The notes under the pieces are model-generated. The model did not search any database. It was not told where the DNA came from and worked only from the letters and a program-made list of their open reading frames with translations. The position numbers and the translations under genes are program-made. Positions 60,345 through 64,000 of a stretch of 64,000 bases of DNA are shown piece by piece (the stretch's first letter is position 1; each line of letters starts with the position of its first letter). Origin of the DNA: Trichoplax adhaerens (taxonomy: Eukaryota > Animalia > Placozoa); the NCBI RefSeq assembly GCF_000150275.1, contig NW_002060943.1, forward strand, positions 10,850,878 through 10,914,877, read 5' to 3'.

Positions 60345-61382
60345 GCAAAGTGGCTTCGATAAGCCGCATACGAGTACCAGTACCAGTACCAGTTGACTAC
60401 CGACGCAGTCAAATCATGCGCGACTCAAGCCAAAACGGTTGATCAATTGTCAAGCGTCAGCCCGTGTCGAATTCGTCGCAGCTACCTCAGAATAGCCTAA
60501 ATAATCCTATTCCGAATCGCTGCTCATCCAGTCATTGAAATTGCTCATCTTGGCTATTTTTGTAAAGTGAAGATTAGAAAAGGTAATATATCGGCTATGG
60601 ATGTAATTATTTATTGGATTCAATGTATTGACAGCTAGTACTAGCTTGCAATGGAGTCGTCATTGGAGAGATGAACAGTAAATCATTGAGATGATTCGAC
60701 AATGACCATTATTCAAAGTTGAACTTTTCTTGAGCAAATGGAATACGGATGATAGCCCCTGTTGTCGCGCTAATAATTACAGAATAGACAGTAACATACA
60801 TTGACTGTGAATGAGATGTGTAGAGTAGTTAAATAGTTTGATCAACGAGGCCATTTCCTGACAAGATATCATCCATTGGTCCAAACAAACTACAGCCACC
60901 GAAACGTATTCTCGTCATAGGTAGAACCTAATCGGATCATTTAGTACTGCAAAAGTCGAATAGATTACTTAGTAAAATTTTGTGGTTAATTGGTATTTTT
61001 CGAGCATCTTTTCATGTTGAAATTGAGTATAGTAGAGATACTTCACTACTAGGATATTGGGAAAATTGGTCATCTTTCAATAGATAGCCAGCGCGATTCC
61101 TGCGTATTCTTAGAATAACTTTTGCTGTGCGTTCAATGCATAAAATGGGTCATTAGATCACAGTCATCCAATTTAGATAATGAATGTCGTTCATTTGTTT
61201 GCCGTTTACTTCGTTGGCCTGAATATCTCACATAATGATTGCGATTTGTGTATTTTAGATATACGAGGTAAAGCTAGCCAAGTTGCGAATACGCGTTCAT
61301 ACTTGTAACAACTCAAACTACTTGCACACGTTTACGTATCTTTATGGGTGATAAATGATATTTATAGTCAGTAATCTTTAGC

Positions 61383-61626
61383 CATTTGAGATACTCAAGA
61401 ACGATGAAATAGATGAATACAAAGCGACGCAAATTATAGAATAAACTACGTAATATGCAGATACAATATCCGCCAAAATCGTGTTTATGAGTTAAATATT
61501 TTGGCATTTGAGATACTCAAGAACGATGGAACAGATGAATACAAAGCGACACAAATTGTAGAATAAACTACGTAATATGCAGACACAATATCCGCCAAAA
61601 TCGTGTTTATGAGTTAAATGTTTTGG
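61383..61626. repeat. Near-identical 122-bp tandem duplication in the inferred SF3B3 5'UTR intron
   Basis: catttgagatactcaagaacgatg...gagttaaat.ttttgg at 61383-61504 and 61505-61626. Confidence 0.93.
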
Positions 61627-62167
61627 TTAAATTGTAGTAGGTGGTGGGATTTATTATGTCTCCTCAACATCGTCTTGAAGAATATTGTTTATGCTATATA
61701 CTCTGTACTCAGTTATTCCAATGATTATAATTGTCTACCAACTGTAAGTAAAGCAGCAATACATCTTGCAGAATATTAAACGCTATAAATATTGAGAGAT
61801 TCCCCTTTGGATAATATCTACAGCTGTAACACATAAAATTAGCCTATATTGTGTAAAACTGCATATTATTCCATCAACGCGTTGACTGCGAGGTAACTAC
61901 TGGCTTGAATCCAAGTGCTATATCAGCGATGCCGTAGCAACAATTCCTACATCTTATGCGCCTTTGTGCATGGTGATAAAGTGCCATATTTTATTTCGCT
62001 GTTAGAGCAATACTATTTGCACAGTAATGTACAACGTTAAATCCTAATCATGAAATACCAATAATTTCAAATATCACTATCACACTCTTTACAATTTATG
62101 ACAGTAGATTAATAAAAGGATTACGAATGATAACTTTTATCAATTTTTCTTTATACCCCGAATTTAG

Positions 62168-64000
62168 ATGTACCTATACAGTCTAACTTTGCAAAAATCA
62201 TCATGTATAACATGTGCTGTTCACGGTAATTTTTCTGGTACCAAACAACAAGAAATTATTGCAGCGAAAGGTAAAGTGTTGGAATTACTTCGGCCAGATG
62301 CAAATAGCGGTAAAGTTCACTCGATAACGACATTAGAAGTATTTGGAGAAATTCGTTGTCTTGCTCCTTTTCGCTTAACTGGTGGAAGCAAAGGTCAGAT
62401 GTCTTGTTTGATTAAGTTAAATGCTTGTGTGTTTTACCTTCCTAAGAAATTTTTAAATTTTACTTTAATAACTCACACCTGAAATACTTAAGCTAACGCT
62501 AGTAGTACTGTTACTTTAAATGTTACATATATTTTTAATTACGATCAAATCCTGCTTTTAGATTATGTGGTGATTGGTAGCGATTCTGGCCGTATTACTA
62601 TCTTAGAGTATATTCCATCTAAGAACACTTTCGAAAAGGTAATTGATAATAAATGGTATTATCTATAGACTAGCTAAAAGACTTAAAATATAATGCTTAA
62701 GATGATTGTTGATGAATCACCTAACTATAGATTCATCAAGAGACATTTGGTAAAAGTGGTTGTAGACGAATTGTTCCTGGTCAATATCTAGCAGTCGATC
62801 CAAAAGGAAGAGCCGTAATGATAGGTAAGAATAAAGTATAGTATCGTTAGCTTGTGGAACCTCGTATTAAACTTAGATTATATTCAGTATAGAACTGATT
62901 ATTATTTTAGTTGTGAATATACAGTACTACTTTCGCACTTAGAAAATCCAAATTACTCCTTCTCAATTTTTTGATCATTCCAATTTTATCACTTTAGGTG
63001 CAATGGAGAAGCAAAAACTTGTTTACATTTTAAACCGTGATACATCTGCCCGATTAACCATTTCGTCGCCGCTTGAAGCTCATAAATCTCATACTGTAGT
63101 ATTTAGTGTTGTCGGTATTGACGTTGGATTTGAAAATCCGGTGTTTGCTTGTCTTGAAGTCGACTACGAGGTACGGTTTAAAAAAAATTTAATAAGTTCA
63201 ATAGAACTTATTGACCATTTCATTTCTTCTCAAATTTTAAAGCTTCATCATAATGAATGTAATCATTTTTCGTAGGAGGCTGATAATGATCCAACAGGAG
63301 AGGCTGCTTTGACAACCAGACAGGTTAATCAATGACTTTGTAATGGAATTATTACACTATAGAAGTTGCTAAGTGTAGCATATATTTACAGATGCTTACA
63401 TATTACGAATTGGATCTTGGTTTAAATCATGTTGTTCGAAAATTCACGGAGACATTACAAGATTTTAGCAATATGCTGATTCCAGGTAAAAGGAAATGCT
63501 AGCGTCATTAATGTTTAAATTATTCTTCGAATATTTCTGACTGCGCTTGATAGTAGTTTACATATTACGAACTGATACTAAGCTTTGATAAGGTGCACAG
63601 AATAAATTGTAATTGATGTTATTCTCCTAACAGTACCTGGGGGTAATGACGGACCAAGTGGTATTTTAGTTTGTTCAGAAAATTTTATTACTTATAAGAA
63701 TTTTGGTGATCAACCTGATATTCGGATGCCAATTCCCCGCCGCAGGGTAAAATTTGCATTTCTTTTTGCTGTTGGTGGCTCGTTTAACGTTACCTGTAAA
63801 TTTATATAATATTCAATATAATAATACTTTGGCACTTAATTTTAGTACGACTTATCCGACCCTGATCGTGGTATACTATTTGTTTGTTATGCCGGTCATA
63901 AGACAAAGGTAATATAGACTAATTAGCTAAGGAATACTTGAAGGAGAGTTATACCATTAAGAAACCCTCTTTGATTTGAATTGTTCTGTAGCTATTCCAC
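62168..64000 (+). CDS. SF3B3: Splicing factor 3B subunit 3 (SAP130), 5' part; continues off the right edge
   Basis: [10 protein letters not shown]...[64 protein letters not shown] and [14 protein letters not shown]. Exons are 62168-62393, 62562-62638, 62731-62824, 62998-63170, 63276-63323, 63392-63485, 63634-63746 and 63846-63908. Confidence 0.98.

Overview
AT-rich eukaryotic genomic DNA from a compact animal genome with short GT-AG introns. Gene content and style suggest an early-branching metazoan, most likely a placozoan such as Trichoplax; this is inference, not verified. In order, the window holds: exon 1 of a glutathione synthetase (GSS) paralog running off the left edge; a complete second GSS paralog (-); an SLC52-type riboflavin transporter (+); a SAMHD1-type dNTP triphosphohydrolase with no SAM domain (+); an SPCA/ATP2C Ca2+/Mn2+ P-type ATPase (-); an intronless class A GPCR (+); a ~12 kb gene-poor stretch with probable decayed GPCR relics; an intronless 300-aa low-complexity ORF (-); a multi-exon BAR-domain protein of unfamiliar architecture (-); ECH1 with a -SKL end (+); and the 5' part of SF3B3 (+). 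There are two 50-N assembly gaps. Two observations stand out. (1) The complete GSS paralog keeps all ATP/Mg catalytic residues but has changed its substrate-binding loops, including GGVAAG->GGVGIG at the positions that switch specificity in plant homoglutathione synthetase, so it may make a non-canonical glutathione-like peptide. (2) Orientation-flipping (CAGTA/TACTG)n palindromic arrays sit upstream of most of the multi-exon genes and contain locally generated inverted duplications. Exon boundaries were assembled by eye and residue numbers for human proteins are from memory.
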